From Tubiluchus corallicola (lineage: Eukaryota > Animalia > Priapulida): 64,000 nt of DNA. The stretch spans positions 310,001-374,000 of the forward strand of contig JAQGDQ010000018.1 in NCBI GenBank assembly GCA_030141605.1, given 5' to 3'. A model generated the notes under the pieces. That model did not search any database, was not told the DNA's origin, and saw nothing but the letters and a program-made list of their open reading frames with translations. The position numbers and the translations under genes were made by a program. The first letter of the stretch is position 1. Each line of letters opens with the position of its first letter. Below, in pieces: positions 47,386 through 61,400 of the stretch.

Positions 47386-50141
47386 TCTCGATAAAGACCT
47401 GTAACAACTTGTGTTATTTATGTAGAAAAGTGACAATACATAAAATTTATCTTATTTTATCTTTCCGTTGACTCCTGCAATTTGCCTTGCACTCATGCTT
47501 ATTATTCTGTAATTGCATCGCAGTAGCCAATGTCAAGGACACGGCCAACAAGCGCTGTAGCACAGATAGCTGCACAGACAAGGTTTTAGCTTCTGTAGGA
47601 TTAGTATGCCACTTCAACCAGGTCTGGTATATTCCCACAAGCCTTCCTGGAAACAGCCTATACTTATCTGATACAAATCATATTCGGATTAACAAGTTGC
47701 TAGCTTGAATGCAACGACAGAAATGCTTCTCAGTGTACCTATCATTTAATACCTGATAGATGATAACATATATCATTTAAAATGTACCGCATATAAATGG
47801 AAAAAAAGAAAAAATACAATATAGACTATATAATGGTTGAAATGTGGAGGTGATATAGTTGTAAAATTTCTGAAGCGAAGCAAACGCTGCAAGCTAAACG
47901 TGGCAACCAGGATGTGTTTATCCGGCTATTACCTGGGTTGACTTGAACATTGGCCTTACACGACAGACAATCTACTTCTTGTGCTAGCTGCAGCTGATAA
48001 CTTAGATATTAGCTAGGACACTGATTTAGATTGGTGATGACATGCTACCTAAGTGGGTCTTATCTCTTCAGTAGCATACCGCCTGCCACACCAAGTTCTG
48101 GACCCGCCTGGGAGAAATTTATATATACAGTATCTCACTGTGGTCCGTGGATTATCAACTTAGGTAAGATATTACAAGAAGACATCTTTCTTTGACTTCG
48201 TACAGTGACTGAATAGATCAGAGATGACAAGCTTGATAACGTCTATGAAAAAGAAAATCAGATAAAAAGCTATTGAAACTATATTGAATCAGACTTAGTG
48301 TGAGCTGACAAAAGAGGTTGGCTTAGCGTCTTATACCTCTAAGCCGTTTAAGACTCTGGGAGGACACCCCGTGGACCAAAAATCATGTTAAAATACACAA
48401 TAGGCAGTTTCTATTACGTTCGCAACATCATTAATGTTAAAGTTTAGAAGCTTTGCTTGAAGTTTCCGGCTACTTCTGCTAAACTTTGAGTAGACAAAAA
48501 AACATTTCGTTTTGCTACATTTAGGTCTACTATTAATTTTTTAAGATGTGGTCTTTTGTACAGAAAGTACTTTGGATCTAATTGAACCTGAACCCGGGTT
48601 AATGGCTGGGTAGTACAAAGAGGTCCACCAGAAGATCATTTAAATCACCTGTAAATTGCAAAAATCCATCAAACAGGCATACAAGTTCTGCGTTCTTGTA
48701 TCCTACCTGCCCTCTGGACGGCAATCACTGCCCGGCATAAAATGCTAATGGTTTGTCCGTCAAAGTTGTAGGACTAGTTGTCAAGTCTATTTACCTTAAA
48801 CTTGAATTGATAAATTACTTGCCATTGCTGTACAACGCCACATAAAATGTGTAAATAGTGGAAAGCTGCAACAGAGCACCTTTAGAAAAAGAATGTGAGG
48901 TGCCATTGAAATTGGCCCCATGTGTTTACTCAAGATCATTTGCATAAACAAGGAAGGACGCCAAGGTTTAAACGGCAACTATTTACAACATTTTCCCTTG
49001 CTTGTGTAGCTACAATAGCTTATGTCGACAATCGCCATTTTTGCAAACTTATGCAAACTATTAGAGCCCTTATAAACGATATCATCTTCTCATCTTCTCT
49101 AACAGCTTTCAGTATTATTGGATTTCTGTTAACCAAGGGCCTATGCGCAATTTTTCATTGATGTACAAATTTCAATATACAAAATGGTAAACATTAACTA
49201 TGATTAAGTCACACACACACAGTTTTCTTAGGATGCCTAAAGGTGCAAATATGTATCGGGTTCAGCTATCAGATATAATGATAATTTTTTCCTTTTTCTT
49301 ACCAAAAGCGCTACTTTTTGATATTTGGCACAATACTACAGTAGCTAACCTATAACATTGTAAAGATTTTCGCAGACACAGTATGTGTTCATTATTAGTA
49401 AAAGGCATTACTTGTAAAATTCTTTTGCAGTTAGAATTTAAAAGTTTAAAATGTTCTAGCTTTAAAGAATAAAATTTAAAATTTCATGTAAAATTTGACA
49501 AAAAGCAAGGTCATGAGTACGTCTAGAAGGCCTTCCAAAATGTTCTTTTGGTTTATGTGTGGCTACTATATAGCAATAGCTGCAGTGATGCGGTATTCCT
49601 AATTTTATTTGAAAGGCGTTAGCTATTAATTGAAATACAGCCTAAACTGCAAGTGTAGATTATAACTTTATAACTACACGTATAAAATTAATAATTCATC
49701 TATCAAACCAAGTTTACAAATTTCCTCCTTTTTGAAGTGAAAGGAGGCACTCGTGCCCGTCAAAATGAATGATGACATTCTAAATTTCCATTTTCCGGGA
49801 TTTAAACACAACCGGCATGCGAACCTGGGAACCCGGCCGACCTTGACAACTGAACTTGATGCATCACCCATAACTAATCTGCCTAAACATACAAAAGACA
49901 CAAGGCAGATTATATCTACGGTAAGCCTCAGCAGCTTATCTTTACGTTATTATTTCAATAACGAAATACGGGGTAAATGTACTCCAGTTCATGAACATTT
50001 ACAGCATCTTTAAGTGATTAATATAAGCACGTAGACCTACAAGTTAAACAACTTTGAAAATTAGACTTGACATTGCAGCAACAGCAGCAGCAGTAGTAAT
50101 ATTAGCCATAGCCATAACTGCAGCCATTGACATATAATATA

Positions 50142-50549
50142 CAAGGCCGTAGTCGGCGGTCCGGCCGGTCCGGCCATGGCCGGACCACTTTTTCTGCCAT
50201 ACGTGCCTAGGCATTCTCAGCCCTGCGTGGAGTAAAAACTTATTTGCGGACTACGATGACTCAAACTAGACTGAACAATCTCATGACTTTGCATGTACAT
50301 ATGAATAGAACAGACGCTCTCGACCTGAAGGAAATTGCGAACGAGTGTACTGGTAGAAATGAGCGGCGCAGATGTGTGTTTGGAAGTTTTGATCAATCAT
50401 GTCATCATTGAGTATGTGTAGTGCCCTATTATATTATAATTCTGTATTATAAATTATAATATACTCTTCTATATGTTGCTGCTGTATTCTTTTTCCACCT
50501 GTTCCGTATCTGTGGCCGGACCACTTTTCAAAAGCCGACTACGGCCCTG
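50142..50549 (+). mobile_element. Non-autonomous hAT (Tip100/ZMYM1-like) deletion derivative, 408 bp
   Basis: 16-bp TIRs CAAGGCCGTAGTCGGC / GCCGACTACGGCCCTG (1 mismatch); subterminal TGGCCGGACCACTTTT at both ends; 50211-50411 encodes AFSALRGVKTYLRTTMTQTRLNNLMTLHVH...DLKEIANE...RNERRRCVFGSF, the hAT C-terminal dimerisation region. Confidence 0.92.
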
Positions 50550-52734
50550 ATATAGCGATTATAGCCAACGAGAAAAGTTTTCTGAAGAAAAATATCAAAT
50601 CTGACTAGACAACATTGTACACCCCAATAGGTGGTATTGCTGAGAACCTGCGCTGTCATAAAGTAGTATTATTTCGACATGTGAAAAAATTAACTTCTTT
50701 TAAATATTTTTCAGACTTATTTTTCTGAAAAAGAACTAAGATCGACACTGTGGGTGTCGTGCTGTTACACTACTAAGCAAGGAATTTGACAAAATACACA
50801 AATGAAAAACCATGTACGTCGAAACCACATCAGCGCACGTGGATTCATGGCTATTGGGTAATACGTATGCACTTTATTTGGGAATTTTCGCATAGCAGAT
50901 TATTTACATGGTCAGCAGGAAGGGCACAGATGTTACACATGCAGTGTTACGACATTGCCATATGCCATAGTCAAAGCATGACACGCGTCGTGGCGATTAA
51001 TGAGCTCTTGATATAATTACTAATTAGATCGGTTCATTTGATGCTAACCATCATTGTAATTTGAAAGCCTGTTGAAAACAAAGGCTTTACAGTCACATCA
51101 TTACTTACACAGCGCAAATAATGCACGGGCATATTAAATTGTTTATCGCGACCAGAAAAAAATTCTTGACCGATGCTTAATCAATTACGCTGATTCAAAT
51201 CTTTAATGGTAAGAAACACTAGTATGTCGAATATAATAAACCTCATCCCTAGGACCTATGTACTCGAAACCAGGATTAAGAAACCCTATAATTGTACGAG
51301 GCGTTTAATGGATTCTATTCCTAAGTGAACTTAGAAACTTTTATCTCATAATCTCATGTTGCTGTCCGGTTATCAAGTAGACATCCCCATATACGACCAA
51401 GCATGGCTAGACTGGTAGATAAAATCCAACAGTTATTAGAACAAATTAATTTCATTTTTTAAGAATATTATCAGAACACTTTCAGGATTTTATCATTCAT
51501 TTAATCTTTCTGTATTAGTTTATGTTGCATAGTTTTGAAGCTTTCTGTATTGATAGCACGAAACGAGAAACGAGTGTAGGTTTTCTTATTGCTTGGCGGC
51601 CTGGGCCAATTACTAGCATATATTTAGAGTTAATTGCATGACTGGTCGTGTTTTTTTTTTCTTATCAGGAAAAATCCCAAACGGGTCGTTAACTGCCCTG
51701 TAGCCATACATTCTAGCTTGCATTGTATGGTCTTGAATGTTACATATCAACCGCTCTGTGAAGAGCACAGAATATTAGTTTTTTTCGCCAATCTTCCACG
51801 TGCACTCACTGGTAAAATGGACAAGAAAAAACGTCCTGTAGCTATGGATATTGAAGTGTGAATTGACTAAGGACATGTCAATATTCGCTGGAGAACAGAT
51901 ATTTGTCCTAGTTACGTGACCTGGGCTTCTGATCCATAAAGTGCATTCTTGCATGTATATAGAAAAAAGCGCTGTGCAAGCAAACTTCCAAAAGCAATTT
52001 ATTCCGTTTCTGTTCTATTAAACCACTCCCATATTTGTACATGCAAGCTCCTTTTCAGTGATGTCATAGTTCTCAATTATGCCAATCAATTGGCACAGGT
52101 ACATGTCAATTAATTAAGTAAATATCACAAGTGTCAAGAGCATTTTTTGTGTTCGCATATGAATGCGACTCAAATGAAATGATTCGTTCAGTTGCAATAG
52201 ATTCTCAATGGCTGCTAATTTTTATGTATAGCAGCGGGCTGTTTCAACAGACGCCAATAACTGCATCACTATTGCAACTGGTAGTATTACCAATTTCACC
52301 ACATAAATATGCAGAAGGCAAATATTGGTCGAGTGTTATTTGTTTCTAGTGCAGTGGATCAAATTTATTAGAACATCCTGTAATAAAATAATTTAAGAAT
52401 CCCGAAACACAAGATTTATAACAAGAATTTTAAGATCTTTGCCTTACTAAGTATACCTATTACTCGGCATGTTACACGAAGATTTGATTTTGCCTACATC
52501 AAAGGAAGCGAACCAAACGCGCACCTTAGGCAAATTTACATATCAAACCCCCGTAAATTAAACATTGGCATTATAAAAATTATCAGACCGCTGTGAAAAA
52601 CTGCAAACTCAGTGAAACTTAATACAAATTTGGAACTAATGGTGCAGTTATAAACCTGGCTGTGTGCCTGTGGTCTTTTCGCTGGGAACGTACATCTTAA
52701 GTGTGAAATTTATGATCGAGAAGTAAACAATATT

Positions 52735-52849
52735 ATTCAAAAAGTAAACAGTAATTTGCCCTTTCAAGCTTCTTTCAAAGGCCATCGGAGCAGCGGTGGT
52801 TTACTTTTGTTCAATCACTTTAAAAGGCAATTATCTTTACTATTCGAAT
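52735..52849. repeat. Short imperfect inverted repeat (MITE relic)
   Basis: ATTCAAAAAGTAAACAGTAATTTGCCCTTTCAAG versus the reverse complement of the right arm, ATTCGAATAGTAAAGATAATTGCCTTTTAAAG. Confidence 0.65.
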
Positions 52850-55800
52850 CAGTAGAAAGGTTAAGTAATCACAGAGACAAAAGTGTAGAGCTGCTACACA
52901 TAAGAAAAGTTTAAAACAGTGGTTTGACACTCTCAGAATTTCTCCTTCAAGCGGGGAAAGCGGAAGTAAATGCTCTATTTCAACGAAAGAAAGGAAGGTA
53001 ATTGTATGAAATTTTTAAGATATCTGCGATTAAAGACAATAATTATTATCGATTATCGTGCATCTATCGTTAGTTATAAAAGAGACTTAGATCAACGTGA
53101 CTACTCTGTAGACCTCACACAGATGTTGCACAATGCTATTCACTTGGTGTACGAGGGACTTAAGGAAACCGACGTCCTGTACTGGCAAAATCATTTTTCA
53201 CACATAACGCGCCTGGTGTTAATACAAACCAGGCCATTTCATTTTGGTCGCCTATTTTGGTTACTCAGATAAACACATGCCGCGCACAACCTTCACCACT
53301 TATGTTTTATTATGTTACATTTTATGCTTTAATATGGTACTGGATTTAGAAGCACTAATTACATAATGTAACACAGCACATTCAGTATAAAGTTCAATGC
53401 AAATGCACAGCCTGTCAACTCACTCAAAGCAGTGATTGGACCAGTTTCAGTGCACAAAGCAGCATGGTTAAAGCGCAAATACAAGCCGTCAAGTGAAACG
53501 ACAAACATTCCTCTGTTATTTGAATAACACAGAGAAACCGCATTCAAACCGATTACAGTTTTTACTGAAATGCCTCCACAACAAGCGTTTAATTTGACAG
53601 TAGAAAATGAGAACATTATTAATGGTTATGAAACGCCGAGCAACCGTGTGAGTTTTAGTAGAAATTTTTACATGGACCAGACTGAAATTAAGTATCAGGC
53701 CTAACAATCGCTTCAAAGCCGAGGGCCTCGAGATATATACTTTCATTTTGCTGCGTATTCTTACACCCACTTAACGGTATGCTCCACAAAATTTTTCCCT
53801 AATTGCTCCACAAAATGTTCCTCTACTTGAACTATCATCAAAAGGAGCAGCCTTTGACTAATTCAGTTTTGCAGTTTAGTTTTTTATCTTTTTCGTCAAA
53901 AATTGATATTACCGCATTTTGCAAACTATACCATTAGTAGCATCGTGTTGCCATCTATTAAAATTAATGTTGAACTAACTCACGCTAGAACACCTTCAAT
54001 GTTCATAACAAAAACAAGAAAACACTAATTGATTGTAGAAAATATAATAGAAATAAGTATTACTGTTGCATAGCTTAAAATTAAAATGGGCAAGCCGTAA
54101 TTTTCACTTTTTTATTTACAATCGCCTCTAGCTTACCCCCGCTTTAGTTTAGTGCGCATAATATTCAGGAATTTGATCCTGAACTTGTCCAAAGACTGCA
54201 AGTGGCCATGGATTAGGCAAAGTAGCTCTTTTTCACTCAATTTACCATTTAAAAAACTGAATCAGGCATTTTAGCGGTGCTTAATGGCAAATCAGTGTTA
54301 TTCTTAATCCGATGATCCATCAATCAAGATTAAAATTTAAATGACACCTTGACACTGATCAGGCTTTAAACTTAAACACTATTTACGTTTTAAACATTCT
54401 TAAAGCTAAAATCGTTTTGCGAATTTTTCGGATAAAGAATAGTGTCAATATTGTTGTGAATAAATTATTAAATCTCTAATCCATTAGAAGCCGAGGCAAA
54501 GAGAAATAGCTCTAAGGGAACAGGCAGTTTAATGCGGCAAAGTTTTACGTTTTCCAAATGACTGTCTCACTTTTTAGCATGCAGATAAAATGACTCGCCA
54601 TTTGCTGTACACATTGCTGTAAGAGTGTGTTCACATTGCTGACGGCAGCACTAAACCAATTTATTCTTGCTGAAGCTGCAATCCTGAAAGTAAAAATTTA
54701 CTAGTGATGGTGTTAATTTTTGTGATTAAATTGAAATTCCCAGCTTCAAAGATCGCTTCTAAAAATTTACGTTGATATGGTGTCGCTTGCCTCTGTATTA
54801 AGCTAATACACCTCACAACACAGATCTGCTGCACAAAGCAAGAGTTGTTGCAGTGTAGGTAGAGCACCTATTTGTTTAATTATTTATTCGTTTTTTTATT
54901 GATTCATATTTATTTATTTGTGCATACATTTAGTTAAGAGTTCATTCATTTATACGGTTATTTATTTATTTCTATATTTATTAATTTGTCTGTTAGAATT
55001 ATTTATCATTTTATCAGTTGTTTGTGTACAACGTATTAATAATTATATTTATGTGGTTTCTGAAAGGCTTCATGTTGAAAAATTAACATTTTGCAATCTG
55101 TAACGTTCTAAAAAAATAGCTATATTTTATTAAAAAAGTTAAAAATGGCTCTATTAATTTATGCAAATTAGTATCTATTCATAACTGCCTACGACATAAA
55201 ACCGTGTGCAGGAAAAATTAAGAAGAATATTAATGTACCTTGCTTTGGGTTAATTTTTGTGACTCCAAAAATATAAAAATATATTCCAAGTAATTAAAGT
55301 AAATTGATGCCCTACTAAGTAAAACTCGACCAGGAAATAGTTGACTAACAAGATGCAAGACAGGTTAGGTGTTTTAGCTAAGCTCAAATTACATTATTCC
55401 TAACTGAGTTAAATCATTTTCTGACCAATCTTGGCGTCGCTCAGTTTTAGTTGCTAAGCACACACCATGCCCACTCAGCTCCAGAGTTATGGAAAAGCTT
55501 TTTACATTGTTTTGTGAATGCTGCTGATTGATGAATTTAATGGTAGTTTTTTGAACTTTTTAAAGAAGTATAATTTCTCATCAGCACCATCATTTCTCAT
55601 GACTAAAGAGTGACTGGCAAATGGGAATGTTCCACTGCTTCGGGCTTCACAATGATACAGTTCAGCAGCCGAGTGTAGATGTCAGCACAGTGCAGTATTC
55701 GTCTTCCTAGCAAGAATCTACTATACTGTGTAGTGTGCGCCATTGCGCATTTATTAGTGAGGGTCATTAATGGAGGTAGAGTTAAGCCATCAATTAAATT

Positions 55801-56400
55801 ACCCCAAATATTTTAAGACTACAATTGTACAATAAACAGTAGTTGTATTAAACAGTAAAACTTTAGTAGAAAAATTCACAAAATTCGTAATTGACCATGT
55901 AGGTTGATACTGGTGCTCTCAGTTCTTTTCTTATTCAAAGTAAAAGGTTAGTGAGTTTTAAGCGGCTTGACTCGGTTCATTTAACCTTTAACACTAAAAA
56001 CAAAGCTCTACTAATAAAGTTTCGCATAGCAGAAAGACAAAAACGGTCCATTGCATTCATACTACAAAACATAATCACTGTTCACTTTTACAAGGAATCC
56101 GAATGCATAGCCTACCAGTTTGCGACCTTGTTCATACATGGAATTGGAAATAGATCTGTCTAAAGTCAGCAAAGTGCAAATGGTTTGTTAATTTGTTAAC
56201 TTAATTCATTTTTTATTCCTTAGTCTTATTTCACAAGTTTTTTTACATTCAACAAAACAGCGCCTGAGTTGACAATTTTTTTAATTCAAATAATTCTAAT
56301 AAATAAGCACTTAAGGCAGAAGTAATTACACAATGTGTAATAATAATATCCTTGGCTATAATAAACAATAACCTACGCATAATGCGTTTTGAAAAACAGA

Positions 56401-56627
56401 AATAATAATAATAATAATAATAATTTCATTTAAGACATAGTTCAAGGATAGCACCGAAATTAACTCAATATTTATTTCCAAGGTGGTCCCGATTTTTTTT
56501 TTAGCCGCTTGATTGGTCGGACAACCAGCGGTACCAAGGTCTTTGGGTGACTGGGCCGGAAGTTGTTCCCGTGATCTCCGGGATGGGAAACGAGCACGCT
56601 ATACCCCCCTGGCCATTAGGATGGGCC
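56401..56627 (-). mobile_element. Putative tRNA-derived SINE with (ATT)n tail
   Basis: Minus strand has a GC-rich head TGGCCAGGGGGGTATAGCGTGCTCG...GAGATCACGGGAACAACTTCCGG (A-box-like, degenerate B-box) and ends in (ATT)8. Confidence 0.5.
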
Positions 56628-57480
56628 ATCATTGACGAAATTAGATCAGAAACGAACTGAGACCGAACTGGAAATAAAAGTGCAGAATCATATAGGCCTC
56701 TGCCTTTTTGTATTGTCAATTTGTGAAGTAAGCTCACCTTTTAGTTATACTGTAGACATGTGAAATATTTTGTTTTCTGTACCAAAAAATTTGTGAACCC
56801 CATTTTTTGTGTTTTGTGAAGTTGTGAAATTTATTCCTTTTTGGATCGTGGTTCGTGACGGAAGCCCAGTGGAAAGGAAAACCCTGTGAGGTGCATCTGT
56901 TGCACTGCAAACTTGAAAAACCCTTCATTATTGCATTGCGAGTTAGCGAAACCTATTCCATCATATGACTGTAAACTTGGGAAGCCTGTTTCTTTATGTA
57001 TTGCAAGCGTATGAAGCCCGCATTCCTGCAGTCAGCAACAGAGCGGCATTTTTGTTGATAATAAACGTTTGACAGTCACAGAGACACCGCTTTTCCCATA
57101 AGATCTGTCATTGGAAATAGTACAAATTGATTATGATATTCGAGATACAGCGAGAGCACGACTCACAGAGACAAGTGAAACCCGAAATTTAATCTACGTA
57201 ATCCCAGCATGCACCACTGCGAAAGACTTCAAAGTAATCCATTCAGAATAGATAAAAGTTTAACCAACGTCGTCAGTTGTAGTTGTAGTAATATGTATCA
57301 CTTCCTCTGGCTGGCTGGCTATTAGAAATATGATGGCTACGCAAAGGCAAGAAAGTGACACCATAATCTATGTGCCCGACTTTCGTGACAAAATACTGCC
57401 AAGGTTTCATATGAGAATAAACATTATACGCCCTTAGCCTTTTAATGCTTTTAAGTTTTCTCATTAGCTGATTCATACAT

Positions 57481-57508
<28 letters not shown>
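57481..57508. repeat. (TA)n microsatellite
   Basis: 14 TA units. Confidence 0.95.
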
Positions 57509-57511
<3 letters not shown>

Positions 57512-58333
57512 TGTATACATTGTATAATTTTATACATTGTATATACTAATCATAAAATTATAAATGTCATCCACGAAAATTATCATCTGGCACTATTACA
57601 CAAAAATACATGGCTAACTGACCATGGTTCACAAGCTTGAATGTTTGCCGTGTCAGCTGGTCCTATAGAAACCGGGGTATTATTTATGCCATTCAAAAAA
57701 TTAACTAAAACATGCTGCGTGAGGTGAAGTCTTTAAACTCAGCTTTTGAAGTAGTGACCACTGTACCTAAATAGTAACTTGTGTTAGTTTAGAAAACTAA
57801 ATCCTGTTAAAGGGCTCCAGTTCCGAGCTTACAAGAGATCGTGAATAAACTGCCAAAAGAATTTATCTCTAACGCACACCGTTTTCTTGTAAACACACCA
57901 GTCAGTTTATCGTAAAAACAGAAGTCAGCCAGGATTATTTTCAAGTTCAATAGACGCGTACTAAAATTCGCCATAAAGAGAGTAGTTGCAAACACTCAGG
58001 ACAGTTTAAGTAATGTTGTAATGTTAGAAATCGTCAGATTCGTCGCAGCTATTGCAAGAAAACTTAGTGGCCTTAAACGGGGGCAGAGAAAATATGATCT
58101 AAGTTTAGTTATCTAAGATATTAACAGAATTTTTTTTAATTTCAAACCAAGCTCGTCCTAGAATTTTTAAAAAAAAATCTTCTAGAAGTATTTTTAATTC
58201 GTATGGAATGCTATGCAGTTCAATGTGTACTCTTTAATTAATCTTTTGCCAATGATTTTTTGCAATAAAAATCGCAACTGTTTTCTATGATGGTAATTAT
58301 AATCTCGCGATGATGACAGAATTGACGTGAGGC

Positions 58334-58404
58334 ATGACGATAACGACAACAAACGTGATGATGATGATGATGATGACGAGATGATGATGATGATGATGAC
58401 GACG

Positions 58405-58444
<40 letters not shown>

Positions 58445-58460
58445 TGATAATGATGATGTT
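58334..58460. repeat. Compound triplet repeat (GAT)n-(GAC)n-(GGC)n-(GAT)n
   Basis: Visible directly; explains the spurious poly-A/R/H ORFs at 58194-58554. Confidence 0.95.
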
Positions 58461-61400
58461 GCTGATAGTACTGATAATTATGACAGCACCAGTCAATGAC
58501 AAGATGATTGCAATAATAATACACGTACTTGTGTATCTCTATACACACTAACATCTAATTGCACAGGAACTATATTAGATCAGTAAAAGTCGATGGGGTC
58601 AAACAGTTCGCAGCATAATGCTGTTAATCGGTTGTATAATTTTATAACTATGGTGCGGCTAGTTGGTTGGCTTCCCTGCTGGACTCAATCATTATGAAGC
58701 CAAGTAAACAGACTAGAGAGAGAGATGCGCCTGCCTCTTCTCAGTCGCCTGCTATCAATACAATATACACAGAGAGACAAATGACCAGACATTAGCATAA
58801 ATATGACTCCCGCGATGCAATCTTAAATGCAATGGAGTCGATGACAACATAGGCTGGATTAATACCAACAAATGTACACAGTGCCAAATTAAAACTTTAA
58901 GATCAAACAAGCAGACTGTAACTGATGGGCAGTGGCAAATATCGCACACCGTACCTATTTTGTTAATAAAGTTAAACTGGACGTGATACGGAGTTAAACC
59001 GTTTGTTTTGATTTTCTTACTCGCTAACTGTACAACAGATTTATGCTTTTACAAGTACATTTCATCAACAAAAAATTGTTATTTGGTTATCTTAACTAGA
59101 CTGAGCGTTTACATCTTCTTGAGCTTTAATTTATTTGTTTCTGCCATACAATCCAAATTTGCGGAAGTTTAGTACGTATCGCTTCCCTCACAATAAGAAA
59201 CTACAAAGTTATGTATGACAACAACAACCAGAACAGCCCGGCGAGCTGCACGACTCTATAGTGTGATTTTCAAGCGAGCATCCCAATAATGCACTACAGC
59301 TCCTAAAAGTTAGTTACATCACAAAGGACAATTCATACAATTTTGGATCTATAAAGTTAAAAATATATTAAAATATTGCTCTGTTATTTTCTTTCTGTAT
59401 CATTTTTTATGTGATGAAACTTAAGTGTTTCGCTTTATGACATTATACGCACAATACGTAACACCATATATTGTCAAAAAGAGAAACCATTATACTCATA
59501 AGATAGCGATTTTAGCTCACAATAATGGAGAGAGCTATGTATTTTTATGATATAATCGTACAATGTTTTGTTTTTGTAAATTTAGTTGTACAGTTACACG
59601 TACTGGAAATATGCCATAAATTAATACGCAAAATAATTTTTGTTTCATAAATTTGCTTTTTCATAAAGCACGGGATTTCTCTAGCATTGCAGTTCGCCAG
59701 CACAGACGGCTTCAGTTCATTTCTCTGCTGACTAAATAGAAATTAACCAACGAATAAAACAAATTTACTGCCATGCAAAACTCCCTATAGACAAGTGAGT
59801 TGTTGTATCGTAAAGAAGCATTCAGAAAGCAGGTTTTCCAATTCTGCACATCCACTTGACTACGCTAGAGATGCGTGCGTTGATATCATTGCTGATTAAA
59901 AATAATACCACATGAAGTTATACTTTCACTTTGTCCATTTACATCTGCTTCTCTATGCTCAATTAAGCAAATAATAGATTTTTCTTGCTCTTTCTTTCTT
60001 GTTTGTTTGTTTCCTTATTTGTTTGTTTCTCGTTCGTTCGTTTGTTTTTCAAAAAAATTGACTGTAGATTGAACTCTTACAGGTTAGACAACTTGTAAGC
60101 AAAACGTTTACCATTGTTACTTCTCGTTAGTAGGTTGGATAAGCGATTCTGAAAAGGACAACAATAGACCTGCACTCTTCACAATAGGATTTTAACTCTC
60201 TGTTAGTCCCATCTCTTTAACCCAAATTTTGATTCTTAGGAATGGTCTCTCCTAATAAACCCAATAAATATTATTACGAGGGAATGTAGTTCCTACTATT
60301 TGGTCAACTGTTTGTTTGTTTCTTGCCTGAAGCTTGCAGTGAGTGAACAATTGTGTAGTGGAAAGTTTCAGTCATGCATTCATTGATCTAGGTTTGAAAG
60401 CACGTTGAGCTTGTAATTTTATTATGTTGTATGCAGTTTACTAATACTAATTAAACGCACGTCAATAATATAAAAGGAAATTACTGAAATTGAAAAACAC
60501 GACAGCACTACTCATAGTGTATTTATAAGATCTCAATTTCAATATTTTAACTGGCGAAATAAACTTCTAAGGCCTTCCAGTCCAATATAGAGGTTTCTTA
60601 TCAGACAATTTAAACACAATGTACATTACGTAATCCAGTCTTACTGTACAATGTGGTGGGGTTTGCAAAATGACTATAATAATTATTACATCAAAAAACA
60701 TTAGTTATATTTGTAGTTCATACACTAGAAAACTCATAACGCAAACTAGGTTTTGTTACTAAAATCACATTTGAATAAATTTTGCAACTAACGAATTAAT
60801 AAAAACATGCGTATACGTCCCTGCCATAAAAGTGTATTTTACATATACTATGTACTATACGTATTATACTATGCATAAAAAGTAGGCTTACAGTTTCTGC
60901 AAAAGTGAACTTCGCGAATAGGAGATAAATTTGATTATGTACCACCTACATGAATTTACTCACGTATCATGTAGGCTGTTTTCATAAACCTTTTTTCAGT
61001 TTGTTCAAAGATAATAAGCATGAAAGCGCTATTATACACAAGCTGAGCAAATAAGGAATAATTCTCTGTTCGAATTTCAGTTTACGATTACTAATGTTCA
61101 TAATGGAACATTTTATCTGCAATCTCATGTTAAACAGGCGCCACGTTAAACCAAAAGCGCAGTGGTTCTTGAATCGATAAAAACTCCGCGCGTTTCCCCC
61201 AACCATTTTAATTTCAGCCGGAAGCGTGTTGTAAGATCTTGAACTAAAGAATCTCTGTCTTTCAAATGCGAATTTAGTTGAGCAAAAACAGAAAACAGAT
61301 AAATCTGAAGGGATAAAGTTCTGAAATTCGCTAGGAAAATACAGCGCTTTTCCATTAATCACAAATTATTAATTTAATAAAGTTCCTCTGAGTGTTTATG

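Noticed and set aside
56738-56928. ATG-initiated minus-strand ORF ending at AG|GTGAGC
   Set aside because: Phase 2 donor with no compatible downstream exon found; Cys spacing is not a C1 domain.
58194-58554. ORFs with poly-Ala, Arg, His and Asp runs
   Set aside because: Products of a compound triplet microsatellite.
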